DNA from: Candidatus Scotarchaeum otlingeri
GTDB taxonomy: Archaea; Thermoproteota; Nitrososphaeria; Geothermarchaeales; JDFR-13
Assembly: GCA_002011075.2 (NCBI GenBank)
Contig: MTMA02000006.1
Coordinates: forward strand, 69,842-93,841
Reading direction: 5' to 3'
Length of the DNA stretch: 24,000 nt
Shown here: one piece after another, positions 1 to 8,684 of the stretch
How positions within the stretch are numbered: the first letter of the stretch is position 1
Layout: each line of letters starts with the position of its first letter
Translations under genes and position numbers: made by a program
The notes under the pieces: generated by a model
Told to the model about the DNA's origin: nothing
Databases searched by the model: none
Seen by the model: the letters and a program-made list of their open reading frames with translations, nothing else

Positions 1-1236
1 CCCAAACACAGTTTTCAAATACTAGAGAATTGGATAAATTCACTATCTATAGATTGGGCGATTTCGCGGCATAGATACTACTCTACTGAGGTGCCAATAT
101 GGTATTGTAAGTCCTGCGGTCACCCGAACCTACCTCCACCAGGGCCCTACTACAGACCTTGGAAAGAACCTCCTCCCTTCGAGAAGTGTGAAAAATGCGG
201 TGGGACCGAGTTTATTGGAGATGAACGTACATTTGATACATGGATGGATTCCAGCGTAAGTCCATTGTATATTTCAGGGTATGGTAAAAATCAGGAGCTA
301 TTTAAGAGGACATTCCCGGTATCACTGAGACCACAAGGAATTGATATAGTTAGAACATGGCTATATTATACAATATTACGGATATACTTGTTGATGAATA
401 CAGCTCCCTTTAAAATGGTTAGGTTATCTGGCATGGGCCTAGACGAGAAAGGTAGGGCCATGAGTAAGTCATTAGGTAATATTGTAGACCCCATGCCCCT
501 TATAGAAAAATATGGTGCTGACGCTGTACGATTATGGGGAGCCTCTGAGACGAAGCTAGGTGGAAACTATAGATTTTCAGAAGATAGGGTGGATGGGGCC
601 AGAAAATTCATAACAAAACTGTGGAATGTAGCACGTTTTATCTCAATGTTCCCTGAGGAGAATAAAATTAACGAATTATGTTATCTAGACCGACTAATTA
701 TTCATGAAACTAATAATCTAATAGAAGTATGCCGCAAATCGTATGAAGAACTAGATTTCTTTGAAGCTGCCAATAGAATTAGATCATTTATATGGAATGT
801 ATTTGCTCCACATTACATAGAGTTGGTTAAAAACAGAGCTTATAATATTAATAACAAATTTACAGAGCAAGAACAATTATCGGCATGGTATACATTACAT
901 CATGTCCTAAAGGTTATTCTTCTTCTGCTTCATCCAATAACCCCTTTCATAACAGATTACATATGGCGACAATTATATAATGAGAAAGGCATTTATCAAG
1001 AACAGTTTCCATCATTGTCAAAAGTTAAAATAGGCGATGTTAATCTAAAAGATATAATGGAGCTTGATTATCGAATATGGAAATATAAACAAGACAATGG
1101 TATACCAATCAAAGGAGCACTAGACAGTATAACATTACATCCAAAATTTAAGGTTATAGCAAGGGAACTACAGACTTGTCATAATATCAAAGAAATTAAT
1201 TATAACGAATCTATCGACTTACTTAAAATAAGCTAA
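1..1236 (+). CDS. valS: Class Ia aminoacyl-tRNA synthetase, C-terminal part, most likely valyl-tRNA synthetase (5' end cut by window edge)
   Basis: Frame 1 is open from nt 1 with no stop before the tracker's GTG at 91, so the gene continues upstream. Motifs seen: DWAISRHRYY (DWxISRQR-like), a CxxC...CxxC zinc knuckle, TFDTWMDSS, LRPQGIDIVRTWLYYT, KMSKS-type loop (AMSKS) followed by LGNIVDP, and GADAVRLW. I associate the LRPQGxDIxRTW block with archaeal ValRS; Ile/Leu enzymes are not strictly excluded. Confidence 0.75.
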   Translation, partial: PKHSFQILENWINSLSIDWAISRHRYYSTEVPIWYCKSCGHPNLPPPGPYYRPWKEPPPFEKCEKCGGTEFIGDERTFDTWMDSSVSPLYISGYGKNQELFKRTFPVSLRPQGIDIVRTWLYYTILRIYLLMNTAPFKMVRLSGMGLDEKGRAMSKSLGNIVDPMPLIEKYGADAVRLWGASETKLGGNYRFSEDRVDGARKFITKLWNVARFISMFPEENKINELCYLDRLIIHETNNLIEVCRKSYEELDFFEAANRIRSFIWNVFAPHYIELVKNRAYNINNKFTEQEQLSAWYTLHHVLKVILLLLHPITPFITDYIWRQLYNEKGIYQEQFPSLSKVKIGDVNLKDIMELDYRIWKYKQDNGIPIKGALDSITLHPKFKVIARELQTCHNIKEINYNESIDLLKIS

Positions 1237-2486
1237 TAGGATAGTGCGTATCTTAATATAGCTGCTATTCCGCCGAATTGCTTAAATATTACTCCATATT
1301 CTGTTTTCGAAGAAATTAATACAATATCAAAAGCTAACTGATTTTTCAATTCATACAACATATCGATAATACTAATTTCTTCTTTGACTCTTAGATATCC
1401 ATTATCACACTTAGGACACTTTGTTCCTGCTATACCATGAACTTCTTCGATTTTAACATACTTTGTATCCGAATAACCACAGACTTCACAGTTCAGTATA
1501 ACCTTATAATATTCAAAATCTTCAATGATCATTAGCTTATCAATTATGCCATCATAAAGGTGATCTAATATAGGTTTCAATCCGTATAGAATCATAGTTG
1601 GTTTATTAGCTATATACCATAGAAACTTATCTATCAGTTTCTTTTCATATACGTATCTAACATTCTTCAAGACATCACTTGCCTTATTAACTATTTCTCT
1701 AAGTCCCTCCTCACCAGCATAATTTGTATCTATAACCTCTATAATCTTATCTCTTAACCTATAATCAATATCTGCTTGTTTAAGAAAATCATGTTTTGTG
1801 AAGCCGGGTCCCCCAACTAAGATTCCTCTAAGGCGTTGATATAAATCGGAATCTAGAAACTGGTCATTTACATGTCTAGCTATCCTATCGAAATACTGAT
1901 GCACAGCCATCTCTCTTAAACGCTCAAATCTTCTCGCAGATTGCCCGCCTGCTCTGTGTTTTCCAGGTATGCCCGAGGTATAAGTGGATAAAACCTTAAT
2001 ATTATCTCCCTCTAAAAGCCCTAAAGCCGCCTCATTTACATCGATAGATATAAGTCCATATACTTCTTTTTCCATGAGAGTTTTTTCTAGATGTTCAACA
2101 TGAAAATGGTCATCACAGCGATATAAGTTCAAATTTAGTGGTTCGGGAGGTACAACTACATATATTTCCATTTTTTCTGAACCAGGTCCATTTTGAGGAA
2201 TTGCTCCACAAAAAACGGCTAATCCGTTTTCCGGTGATACATCAAAATATTTAAGCCTCTCCATAACCTTAACCAAGGCATCTTGTACATTCTTTCTTGT
2301 TTGATCTGATTTTATATTAGAGGCGGTTGAATATTCCTCTCTTAAATAGCTAATCACATCACTAATCCTCTTGTTAGGAGGAATATATAAGCTAATCAAT
2401 TCTGTTCCTCTTCCCTCCTTCTTTTTTAATTCACTAATCAACTTTCTTAATTTATGCTTTTCTATTGGATTTATTTTTGTAGCCAA
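1233..2486 (-). CDS. prf1: Peptide chain release factor aRF1
   Basis: 417 aa with the NIKS stop-codon recognition motif (TASNIKS), the YxCxxxF motif (LYRCDDHF) and the GGQ motif (HRAGGQSARRF). A CxxC...CxxC ribbon sits in domain 3. The 3' end overlaps valS by 4 nt (convergent). Confidence 0.95.
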   Translation of the reverse strand: MATKINPIEKHKLRKLISELKKKEGRGTELISLYIPPNKRISDVISYLREEYSTASNIKSDQTRKNVQDALVKVMERLKYFDVSPENGLAVFCGAIPQNGPGSEKMEIYVVVPPEPLNLNLYRCDDHFHVEHLEKTLMEKEVYGLISIDVNEAALGLLEGDNIKVLSTYTSGIPGKHRAGGQSARRFERLREMAVHQYFDRIARHVNDQFLDSDLYQRLRGILVGGPGFTKHDFLKQADIDYRLRDKIIEVIDTNYAGEEGLREIVNKASDVLKNVRYVYEKKLIDKFLWYIANKPTMILYGLKPILDHLYDGIIDKLMIIEDFEYYKVILNCEVCGYSDTKYVKIEEVHGIAGTKCPKCDNGYLRVKEEISIIDMLYELKNQLAFDIVLISSKTEYGVIFKQFGGIAAILRYALSY

Positions 2487-2589
2487 TCTAATTCACCAAT
2501 CCTTTAGAGAGTTGATTATTTAGACACCTATTTAAGAGTAACTGCATATTTTTATTTTTAACTCTCCAACATGTATTTAGGCGTTAACA

Positions 2590-3267
2590 ATGAACATATA
2601 TGTTGTTATTAAATTAACTGGGCATTTATTCGATAGCTCTAACATGCTGTCTGAACTGAATCAAATCATTCAGACTCTAAAAAGTTATACTGAAAAGGAT
2701 TATATTTTTGTTTTAGTGACTGGAGGAGGTCAAATAGCAAGGAAACATATCAAATATTTACGAGATATGGGTATAAATGAATATTATCTAGATAAAATAG
2801 GTATTACTGTAACCCGATTGAATGCCGAAATACTTATTAGATTACTCGGAGTTGACGCTTATCCACAACCCCTTATTTCTATAGACAATCTTCTAAGTAA
2901 TATTGGAAAAAAGGTTTTCTATGTCATGGGCGGTATAATTCCCGGAATTTCCACTAATGCGGTAGCAGCATTATCTGCAGAAGCATTATCCGCAAAGCTG
3001 TTTATCAATACAACGATTTCAGGAGGGGTTTTTAATAAGGACCCTGAAAAATACAAAGATGCAAAGTTATTGAAGACTATTGAAATAAATCGCTTATACG
3101 ACATAATTAGCGAATATGAAAAAGCAGGACATTATCCATTATTAGATAGACTTTCGATCAATATCATTAGAAGATCAAGAATACCCACATATATAATTTA
3201 CCCAAAAGCTGACTATATAGCAGAGGTTTTGGAGGGAAAAAACCCCGGTACAAAGGTGATAACGTAA
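2590..3267 (+). CDS. pyrH: Uridylate (UMP) kinase, archaeal type
   Basis: 225 aa amino-acid-kinase fold. The N-terminal IKLTGHLF, the VTGGGQIARK glycine loop and the overall length match archaeal PyrH. Confidence 0.85.
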   Translation: MNIYVVIKLTGHLFDSSNMLSELNQIIQTLKSYTEKDYIFVLVTGGGQIARKHIKYLRDMGINEYYLDKIGITVTRLNAEILIRLLGVDAYPQPLISIDNLLSNIGKKVFYVMGGIIPGISTNAVAALSAEALSAKLFINTTISGGVFNKDPEKYKDAKLLKTIEINRLYDIISEYEKAGHYPLLDRLSINIIRRSRIPTYIIYPKADYIAEVLEGKNPGTKVIT

Positions 3268-3326
3268 TATTAAGAATTTTATCTTGATAAAAAATACATT
3301 AAATATTATTGGTGGTACACCGGAGA

Positions 3327-3845
3327 ATGACTGCTCTAGGTAAGAAGGAGCTCCTACATCTAATCGAAGATGGTATAATAAAGATAGAACCATTTGACAA
3401 AGACCAAATCGGGCCTGGGTCTATAGACCTTAGGCTAGGAAATAAATTTAGAACATTCAAAAAAGTACATAACATCTTTTATGTAAAAAACGATGTAGAC
3501 CACCGGGAAATAACACAGCTAATTGAGGTTAACCAAGGCGATTATTTCCTAATTATGCCAGGTGAATTAGTACATGGTATAACACTGGAACGCATAGAAT
3601 TACCAAACTGGTTATCCGGAAGAATTGAAGGCAGATCTAGATTGGCGCGCATCGGATTACTTACACACTTAAGTAGCGGCTATGTTCATCCAGGTACAAA
3701 AGGAAAAATAGTACTCGAAATAGTTAATGTATCACCCATACCTTTAGCATTATACCCTGGGATAAAAATATGTCAGTTGGTTATAGAAAAAGTAGAGGGC
3801 GGCGAAGCATATAGAGGTAGATTCCACGAACAAGAATCACCGTAA
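3327..3845 (+). CDS. dcd: dCTP deaminase family protein (possibly bifunctional dCTP deaminase/dUTPase)
   Basis: GPGSIDLRLG, GRSRLARIGL and the VHPGTKGKIVLEIVN blocks are typical of the Dcd/Dut trimeric family. The ATG at 3327 (MTALGKKELL...) is preferred over the tracker's TTG at 3309, but the start is uncertain. Confidence 0.85.
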   Translation: MTALGKKELLHLIEDGIIKIEPFDKDQIGPGSIDLRLGNKFRTFKKVHNIFYVKNDVDHREITQLIEVNQGDYFLIMPGELVHGITLERIELPNWLSGRIEGRSRLARIGLLTHLSSGYVHPGTKGKIVLEIVNVSPIPLALYPGIKICQLVIEKVEGGEAYRGRFHEQESP

Positions 3846-3858
3846 AAACTTTATTAGT

Positions 3859-3869
3859 CAAATTATGAA
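3859..3869 (+). promoter_or_regulatory. Candidate TATA-like box (AAATTATGAAA) for tRNA-Leu
   Basis: TTATGAA begins 26 nt upstream of tRNA nt 1 (3888). The same heptamer sits 25 nt upstream of tRNA-Arg. Position fits an archaeal TATA box. Confidence 0.35.
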
Positions 3870-3921
3870 AGTTATAGTGGATAATAGGCGGGGGTTCCCC
3901 TAGCCTGGCCAACGGGGGCGG

Positions 3922-3939
3922 ACACAAAATATGGCCTAA
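3922..3939 (+). other. tRNA-Leu intron 1 (18 nt, position 30/31, non-canonical)
   Basis: Bulge-helix-bulge fold: central helix GGGC (3916-3919) with GCCT (3934-3937, one G-U pair). The 3-nt bulges are GGA (3920-3922) and AAA (3938-3940). Inner pairs are CA (3923-3924) with TG (3932-3933). Outer pairs are GG (3914-3915) with CT (3941-3942). Boundaries can slide by 1-2 nt because of repeated A/C. Confidence 0.6.
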
Positions 3940-3946
3940 ACTCAAG

Positions 3947-3966
3947 ATCCAGGCATGGGATGGGGT
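3947..3966 (+). other. tRNA-Leu intron 2 (20 nt, canonical 37/38)
   Basis: Central helix CTCA (3941-3944, nt 32-35) pairs with TGGG (3961-3964). Bulges are AGA (3945-3947) and GTA (3965-3967). Inner helix is TCC (3948-3950) with GGA (3958-3960). Confidence 0.7.
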
Positions 3967-4029
3967 ATCCGCTGGCGTAGGCCTTCGTGGGTTCGAATCC
4001 CACCCCCCGCACCATAATCAAACACCTTA

Positions 4030-4428
4030 CTATATCGATATATAAACAACCTTTACCTGCTGTATTCCTCTTAATCCTCTTATTCTCCCTATTAAACTTC
4101 GAATTCTATTTATCTTTCCTTCAGTTATTAATATCTCGAGACAATGCTCCTTACCTATATGTCTATGAAGATTTTCAATGATAATATCGTCATATTCATG
4201 CCTTAGGTCTGTGAGTTTTCTGTCGATATCTTTTCTTGGATTTTCATAAATAACCATTATAGTTGAAGCGGCCTTATCAGCATCTTCTCTTAGATACTCT
4301 GTTTCCTCTATAATGCTCCGTATAGCATCTCTGAAAGCCTCTGATCTGCTATAATATCCCCGTGTTTCTACCAGCTTATCTATTTTTTTAAGTAACTCTG
4401 GTGGGAGAGTTATACTTACAACAACCAT
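4030..4428 (-). CDS. nikR: NikR-like nickel-responsive transcriptional regulator (ribbon-helix-helix plus ACT-like metal-binding domain)
   Basis: The N-terminal RHH region (VSITLPPELLKKIDKLV...YYSRSEAFRDAIR) and a C-terminal metal-site pattern HRHIGKEHCLEI (H-x-H...H-C) match NikR. The ATG at 4428 is preferred to the TTG at 4440. It is divergent from the P-type ATPase. Confidence 0.8.
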   Translation of the reverse strand: MVVVSITLPPELLKKIDKLVETRGYYSRSEAFRDAIRSIIEETEYLREDADKAASTIMVIYENPRKDIDRKLTDLRHEYDDIIIENLHRHIGKEHCLEILITEGKINRIRSLIGRIRGLRGIQQVKVVYISI

Positions 4429-4540
4429 CTTTGACACCAATATTATGATTATATAAAGCTATTAATATTCTAATAATATTTTTGCTCAATATTTTAGCAA
4501 CATATTAATATAGATAATATCAGATTAGAATCCTCAGGAA

Positions 4541-4549
4541 GGTGGTGAT
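4541..4549 (+). promoter_or_regulatory. Shine-Dalgarno-like site GGTGGTGAT upstream of the ATPase start
   Basis: It ends 6 nt before the ATG at 4556 and is complementary to the conserved archaeal 16S 3' end (GGAGGTGAT-type SD). Confidence 0.5.
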
Positions 4550-4555
4550 AATCTA

Positions 4556-6475
4556 ATGTCTGAACACATAGATGCTTCTGAAGGAAACATTTGGGTTTAC
4601 GCCATTATAATTATGGCTTTTACTATGTCCTTCTCATTTATATTAGACAAAGCAATGTTAAATATCCCTATTAACATCAGTTTAATTTCATTTATTTTTG
4701 AAGCTACTCTGGGCGAATTACTGCTGCAGATTGCTATAACACTTTTAGGATTATATATAGGCTATATAGGATTAAAAGAGTTGCTTTTTGAGAAAAGATT
4801 TTCAGTAGAATTCTTAATGAGCATCGCATCCATAGGAGCATTGTATATAGGTTTCTTATATGAAGCCGCTATGGTCTTATTTTTGTATTCAATAGCCGAG
4901 TTTTTTGAGGATTATATTGAAGACAGAGCCAAACGTACAATAGAGTCTCTCTCTAAATATATGCCTGAAACCGCACGTGTTATCGAAGATGGAAAAGAAA
5001 GGATATGTGGCATAAAGGAGGTATCACCAGGCTCGATAATCCTTATACGTCCGGGTGAGCGTATTCCATTGGACGGTATCATAATAGAAGGATTTTCATA
5101 TATAGATCAAGCTCCAGTTACTGGAGAATCCATGCCCATCCCCAAGAAAAAAGGAGATGAAGTTTACGGAGGCACGCTAAACATAGATGGCGTTATAAAG
5201 ATACGGGTAACAAAACCATCTGATAAGACACTTATATCGAGAATAATTAAGCTTGTTACAGAGTCAAGAGCTAGGAAAGCTAAAATGGAACAAATAGTTA
5301 AACGGGTTGCACGTATATATGTACCGCTCGTTATCATATCAGCTATACTGACAATATTAATTGGTACCAATTTCTTAACCAGTAATTTAAATACATGGAT
5401 TTATAGATCCCTTATATTGCTTGTAATCGCTTGTCCTAGTGCCTTCATAATCTCAGTTCCTGCAACCTTCTTTTCTGCATTGACACTTGCAGCAAGAAAA
5501 GGTGTAGTAATAAAAGGCGGCATCTACATTGAAAAATTATCTGAGATAAAAGCTGTTGTGTTTGATAAAACGGGTACATTAACATTCGGTTCACCCGAAA
5601 TATATATAGATTGCCAAAATACACATATTGAAAATATGGAATATCTAAGATATGCCGCTGCATTAGAGCAATATTCAAATCACCCTGTTGCACAAGCGAT
5701 AATAAAGAAGGCAATAGAGATAAATTTGGACTATAAAGATTTGAAAGTCCAGAATATAACCGAGATACCTGGTAAAGGCGTAATTGGAGATGTAAACGGT
5801 GTGGAAATAGGAATAGGTAGATACGAGCTAATGGAGATACCGGATAGGGCCCCCTTAGACAAAAGTGAAGATGGCGATGGCCATACTAAAGTATACATAT
5901 TTTATAATAAGAACTTAGCTGCTCAATTATGTTTAGCAGATAAAGTCAGGGAAGACGCGGTGGTGGCTGTAAAAGAACTCAAGGAAATGGGGCTTCATAC
6001 GATAATATTAACAGGAGACAAAGAATATGTAACTAAAGAAATAGCTGAAGTATTAGGCGTGGATGAAGCATATTCAGAATTACTTCCCGAAGATAAATTA
6101 ACCTTAATATCAAAAATTAGAGATAAATATGGCACTGTAGCTATGGTTGGAGACGGAGTAAATGATGCCCCAGCATTAGCCTCGGCTGACATCGGAATAG
6201 CAATGGGGGGTACAGGCGTAGATGTCGCCCTTGAATCAGCGGATGTAGTCTTAGTAAAAGATGAGCTTCAACAGATTCCGTACCTATATCGATTGAGCAA
6301 AAAAGCTATGAGAATAGCAAAGGAGAACATAGTTGTTTCCTTAGGTACAAAGATATTCTTAGGAATCTTGGGTATTATGGGATTAATCCCATTATGGTTC
6401 GCTGTAGCAGTAGGAGACGATGGAATAACCATGCTCCTATTATTAAATATTTTAAGACAAGGAACCATCAAATAA
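4556..6475 (+). CDS. Heavy-metal translocating P1B-type ATPase (no N-terminal metal-binding domain; TM6 motif CPS)
   Basis: TGES (VTGESMP), DKTGTLT, GDGVNDAPAL and TGD motifs are present. TM6 reads IACPSAFIISVP, TM7 reads N-x7-K (NIVVSLGTK), and TM8 reads D-x-G-x7-N (DDGITMLLLLN). 639 aa with no HMA/CxxC domain. Confidence 0.9.
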   Translation: MSEHIDASEGNIWVYAIIIMAFTMSFSFILDKAMLNIPINISLISFIFEATLGELLLQIAITLLGLYIGYIGLKELLFEKRFSVEFLMSIASIGALYIGFLYEAAMVLFLYSIAEFFEDYIEDRAKRTIESLSKYMPETARVIEDGKERICGIKEVSPGSIILIRPGERIPLDGIIIEGFSYIDQAPVTGESMPIPKKKGDEVYGGTLNIDGVIKIRVTKPSDKTLISRIIKLVTESRARKAKMEQIVKRVARIYVPLVIISAILTILIGTNFLTSNLNTWIYRSLILLVIACPSAFIISVPATFFSALTLAARKGVVIKGGIYIEKLSEIKAVVFDKTGTLTFGSPEIYIDCQNTHIENMEYLRYAAALEQYSNHPVAQAIIKKAIEINLDYKDLKVQNITEIPGKGVIGDVNGVEIGIGRYELMEIPDRAPLDKSEDGDGHTKVYIFYNKNLAAQLCLADKVREDAVVAVKELKEMGLHTIILTGDKEYVTKEIAEVLGVDEAYSELLPEDKLTLISKIRDKYGTVAMVGDGVNDAPALASADIGIAMGGTGVDVALESADVVLVKDELQQIPYLYRLSKKAMRIAKENIVVSLGTKIFLGILGIMGLIPLWFAVAVGDDGITMLLLLNILRQGTIK

Positions 6476-6598
6476 CCCTTTTATAGTAATACTTACACCT
6501 ATATATCCTATTTATCACATCTAAAAATAATAATTATTATGATGATCGCTTCTATTCACTTGTAACTTTTAATTTGTTTAAATAGGTAAATTATTTTG

Positions 6599-7381
6599 AT
6601 GAAGATTATAGCCATTTTATCAGATTTTGGATATGACGATTACTATGTTCCAGCTATGAAAGCAGTAATATTATCAATAAATAATAATGTCCAAATAATC
6701 GATATCACCCATAAAGTAAAAAGATGGGATATTATAGACGGAGCCTTTAAATTATATCTTATAACTCCATATCTACCTAAGGATACAATAGTATTGGCGG
6801 TTGTTGACCCGGGCGTTGGAACGCCGCGATTGCCAATTGTCATTAAAACTAAAAATCTATTCTTTGTCGGTCCCGATAATGGATTAATGGCTCTTGCAGC
6901 TGAGCGAGACGGAATAGAAGAGATACATTTAATAGAGAACGAAAGATATATGTTGAAAAATAGGTCCACATTCGATGGAAGAGACGTGTTTGCCCCTATA
7001 GCGGCTCATATATCATTAGGTGCCTCATTGGCCTCTATAGGCCGTCCTCTAACTAATATAAAACCCCTTAATATACCTAAGGCCCAATTTTACAACAATA
7101 AAATTGTAGCTAATGTGCTTCATATAGACTATTTTGGAAATATTATACTGAATATACCATGTAATAAATTCAAAAAATGGATTAGAGATAAAAAATTTAT
7201 AATCATAAAGGTTAAAGAGAGATATATAAAAGCCAAAGTATCTCGCTCATACGAAGAATTAAGCGGTGATTATGGCTTAATATGTGGAGGTACAGGTTTT
7301 ATAGAGATATCTCTGTATAAAAACAGCGCCGCTTCTCTATTAAAGGTAGAGAGGATGGATAATATCGTTTTACAGTTCTAA
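6599..7381 (+). CDS. SAM hydrolase / SAM hydroxide adenosyltransferase family protein (DUF62, chlorinase/fluorinase-like fold)
   Basis: N-terminal LSDFGYDDYYVPAMKAVILS (TDFG..D.YVG.MKGV-type), VVDPGVGT, GPDNG and FDGRDVFAP blocks. The ATG at 6599 directly follows the tracker's TTG. Confidence 0.8.
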   Translation: MKIIAILSDFGYDDYYVPAMKAVILSINNNVQIIDITHKVKRWDIIDGAFKLYLITPYLPKDTIVLAVVDPGVGTPRLPIVIKTKNLFFVGPDNGLMALAAERDGIEEIHLIENERYMLKNRSTFDGRDVFAPIAAHISLGASLASIGRPLTNIKPLNIPKAQFYNNKIVANVLHIDYFGNIILNIPCNKFKKWIRDKKFIIIKVKERYIKAKVSRSYEELSGDYGLICGGTGFIEISLYKNSAASLLKVERMDNIVLQF

Positions 7382-8646
7382 ACTAAACTATTTAGAAACT
7401 CCATCAATTTATCAAATTTAATCGTAATCTGTTTCTCCTTCTTCATGTCTCTTATAGTAACCCGCATATTCTCTTTTTCTTCCCTTCCCACAATAATTAC
7501 ATAATCAAAGCCCCGTTTAGACGCTGTTTCCATCTGTTTCCTAAGCTTCTTATCTGATAAATTTATATCACAAATAAGTCCATAATTACGGACCATTTTA
7601 GCTATTTTAAAGGCATAGTCATATAACTCTTTATTCACAACAGCTATAAATACTGATTTCATCTTAACCTTATCCCATGGTCTCTTTCCATGTTTTTCCA
7701 ATGATAGTATTAGCCTTTCAACCCCGCCAGCCGCTCCAAAAGCGGTGATATTGCTGCCAAACACTCTAGGCAGCCTATTATAAGCTCCTCCCCCACATAG
7801 CGCACCTATATTGGGATACTGAGTATCATAAACTTCAAAAACAATACCATCATAATAATCTAATCCCCTAACAATACTGAGGTCAATCTTAATAGGTATA
7901 TTAAGACTCTTAAGTATATCATATGCACAATAAAGAGGCCCTTCATAACCAACCTCTTTCGAAAGACTATTGATTTCTTCGCTACTTTTGCTACGAGTTA
8001 ACAACTTAATAAATTCCGCTGCACTATCCTCGTTAACTCCATATTTCACCAATTGATCTACTATCTTCTTTTCTCCAACCTTGGGTAATTTATCTATAGT
8101 TCTCATTAATTCATTAGTGGCATCTAAATTTAGATATTTTGTTATGAGTTTCTCTATTAATTTTCTATCTGAAATCCTGAATTCATATCTGCTTAACTCC
8201 ACTTTCTTCATTAACTGGTCGATAAACATTATGGTCTCAACTGTAGAATTCTCTTCATCACCTCCATATATTTCTACATCCCATGCATAAAAACTCCTGT
8301 ATCTTCCATATTGAGGCTCATCATATCTCCATTGGACAGAAAAAGCTCCAAGTTTAATGGGCTTGGGTAGCTCAGGATTACTAACTACATATCTTGTCAA
8401 TCCTACAGTCAAATCAAATCGTAATCCTAGCATTCTTCCAGCTTTATCTTTAAATGTATAAATTTCCTTTTCGATATCTGGCCCCGATTTCAACGCTAAT
8501 GTATCAAACATTTCAATAGTAGCAGGCTCCATTATTTTGAATCCATATATCTCGGCGGTTTCTATAAATTTTTCATAGATATATTTAAAAGCAGAATATT
8601 TGGTAGGCTCTATATCTCTAATTCCCCTAGGTAACCTAAGCTTCAT
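7378..8646 (-). CDS. hisS: Histidyl-tRNA synthetase
   Basis: 422 aa with LPRGIRD near the N-terminus, a class II motif 2-like WRYDEPQYGRYRSFYAWDVEIYG, and a C-terminal anticodon-binding domain. It overlaps the DUF62 gene stop by 4 nt. Confidence 0.9.
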   Translation of the reverse strand: MKLRLPRGIRDIEPTKYSAFKYIYEKFIETAEIYGFKIMEPATIEMFDTLALKSGPDIEKEIYTFKDKAGRMLGLRFDLTVGLTRYVVSNPELPKPIKLGAFSVQWRYDEPQYGRYRSFYAWDVEIYGGDEENSTVETIMFIDQLMKKVELSRYEFRISDRKLIEKLITKYLNLDATNELMRTIDKLPKVGEKKIVDQLVKYGVNEDSAAEFIKLLTRSKSSEEINSLSKEVGYEGPLYCAYDILKSLNIPIKIDLSIVRGLDYYDGIVFEVYDTQYPNIGALCGGGAYNRLPRVFGSNITAFGAAGGVERLILSLEKHGKRPWDKVKMKSVFIAVVNKELYDYAFKIAKMVRNYGLICDINLSDKKLRKQMETASKRGFDYVIIVGREEKENMRVTIRDMKKEKQITIKFDKLMEFLNSLV

Positions 8647-8684
8647 TAATTATCTACCTCATCCAAAGTAGATATCCAATCAAG

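Larger units (their letters stand above)
3888..4014 (+). tRNA. tRNA-Leu (anticodon CAA), class II, two introns, CCA encoded
   Basis: Acceptor GCGGGGG (3888-3894) pairs with CCCCCGC (4004-4010), followed by discriminator A and CCA. T arm is GTGGG-TTCGAAT-CCCAC. Long variable arm is TGGCGTAGGCCTTC. D arm is CCC-CTAGCCTGGCCAAC-GGG. Anticodon stem is GCGGA (3918-3922) with TCCGC (3968-3972), and the loop CTCAAGA lies at 3941-3947 after removal of 38 nt. Mature length is 86 nt. Confidence 0.85.

Noticed and set aside
1407-1490. CxxC...CxxC zinc-ribbon insertion in domain 3 of aRF1, considered as a possible novelty.
   Set aside because: As far as I recall, many archaeal aRF1 proteins carry a four-Cys mini-domain at this position, so it is probably a normal lineage feature.
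2919-3393. Antisense or overlapping short ORFs. Those at 2919-3104 and 3175-3393 are listed here. Similar ones occur at 5164-5370, 5445-5714, 5995-6192, 6268-6471, 6643-6969, 8081-8290, 8698-9057, 9253-9567, 10353-10637, 13690-13992, 15566-15796, 16083-16271, 17561-17887, 17606-17788, 19666-19851, 20654-20956, 21137-21367, 21932-22255, 23094-23285 and 23359-23655.
   Set aside because: Each lies within or opposite a longer ORF that has clear family motifs. In AT-rich coding DNA the antisense frames often stay open, and none shows a recognisable motif.
3923-3967. Alternative single-intron model for tRNA-Leu. The loop would be CACAAA+A (anticodon still CAA), with one 38-nt intron at 37/38 (3929-3966).
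   Set aside because: It requires A33 instead of the near-universal U33 and A37 instead of the G37 usual for Leu. Its central helix (CACA with TGGG) has an A-G mismatch. The two-intron model gives the canonical CTCAAGA loop and two complete BHB motifs. It is kept as the explicit alternative to test.
3987-4181. 64-aa + strand ORF from the ORF track.
   Set aside because: It starts inside the T arm of tRNA-Leu and then runs antisense to nikR. It has low-complexity hydrophobic content and no motif.
6538-6601. Possible C/D-box sRNA: ATGATGA at 6538-6544 and TGATGA at 6596-6601.
   Set aside because: No CTGA D or D' boxes sit at the required spacing. The two C-like boxes are about 56 nt apart rather than in a C-D'-C'-D layout. 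The second box overlaps the start codon region of the DUF62 gene.
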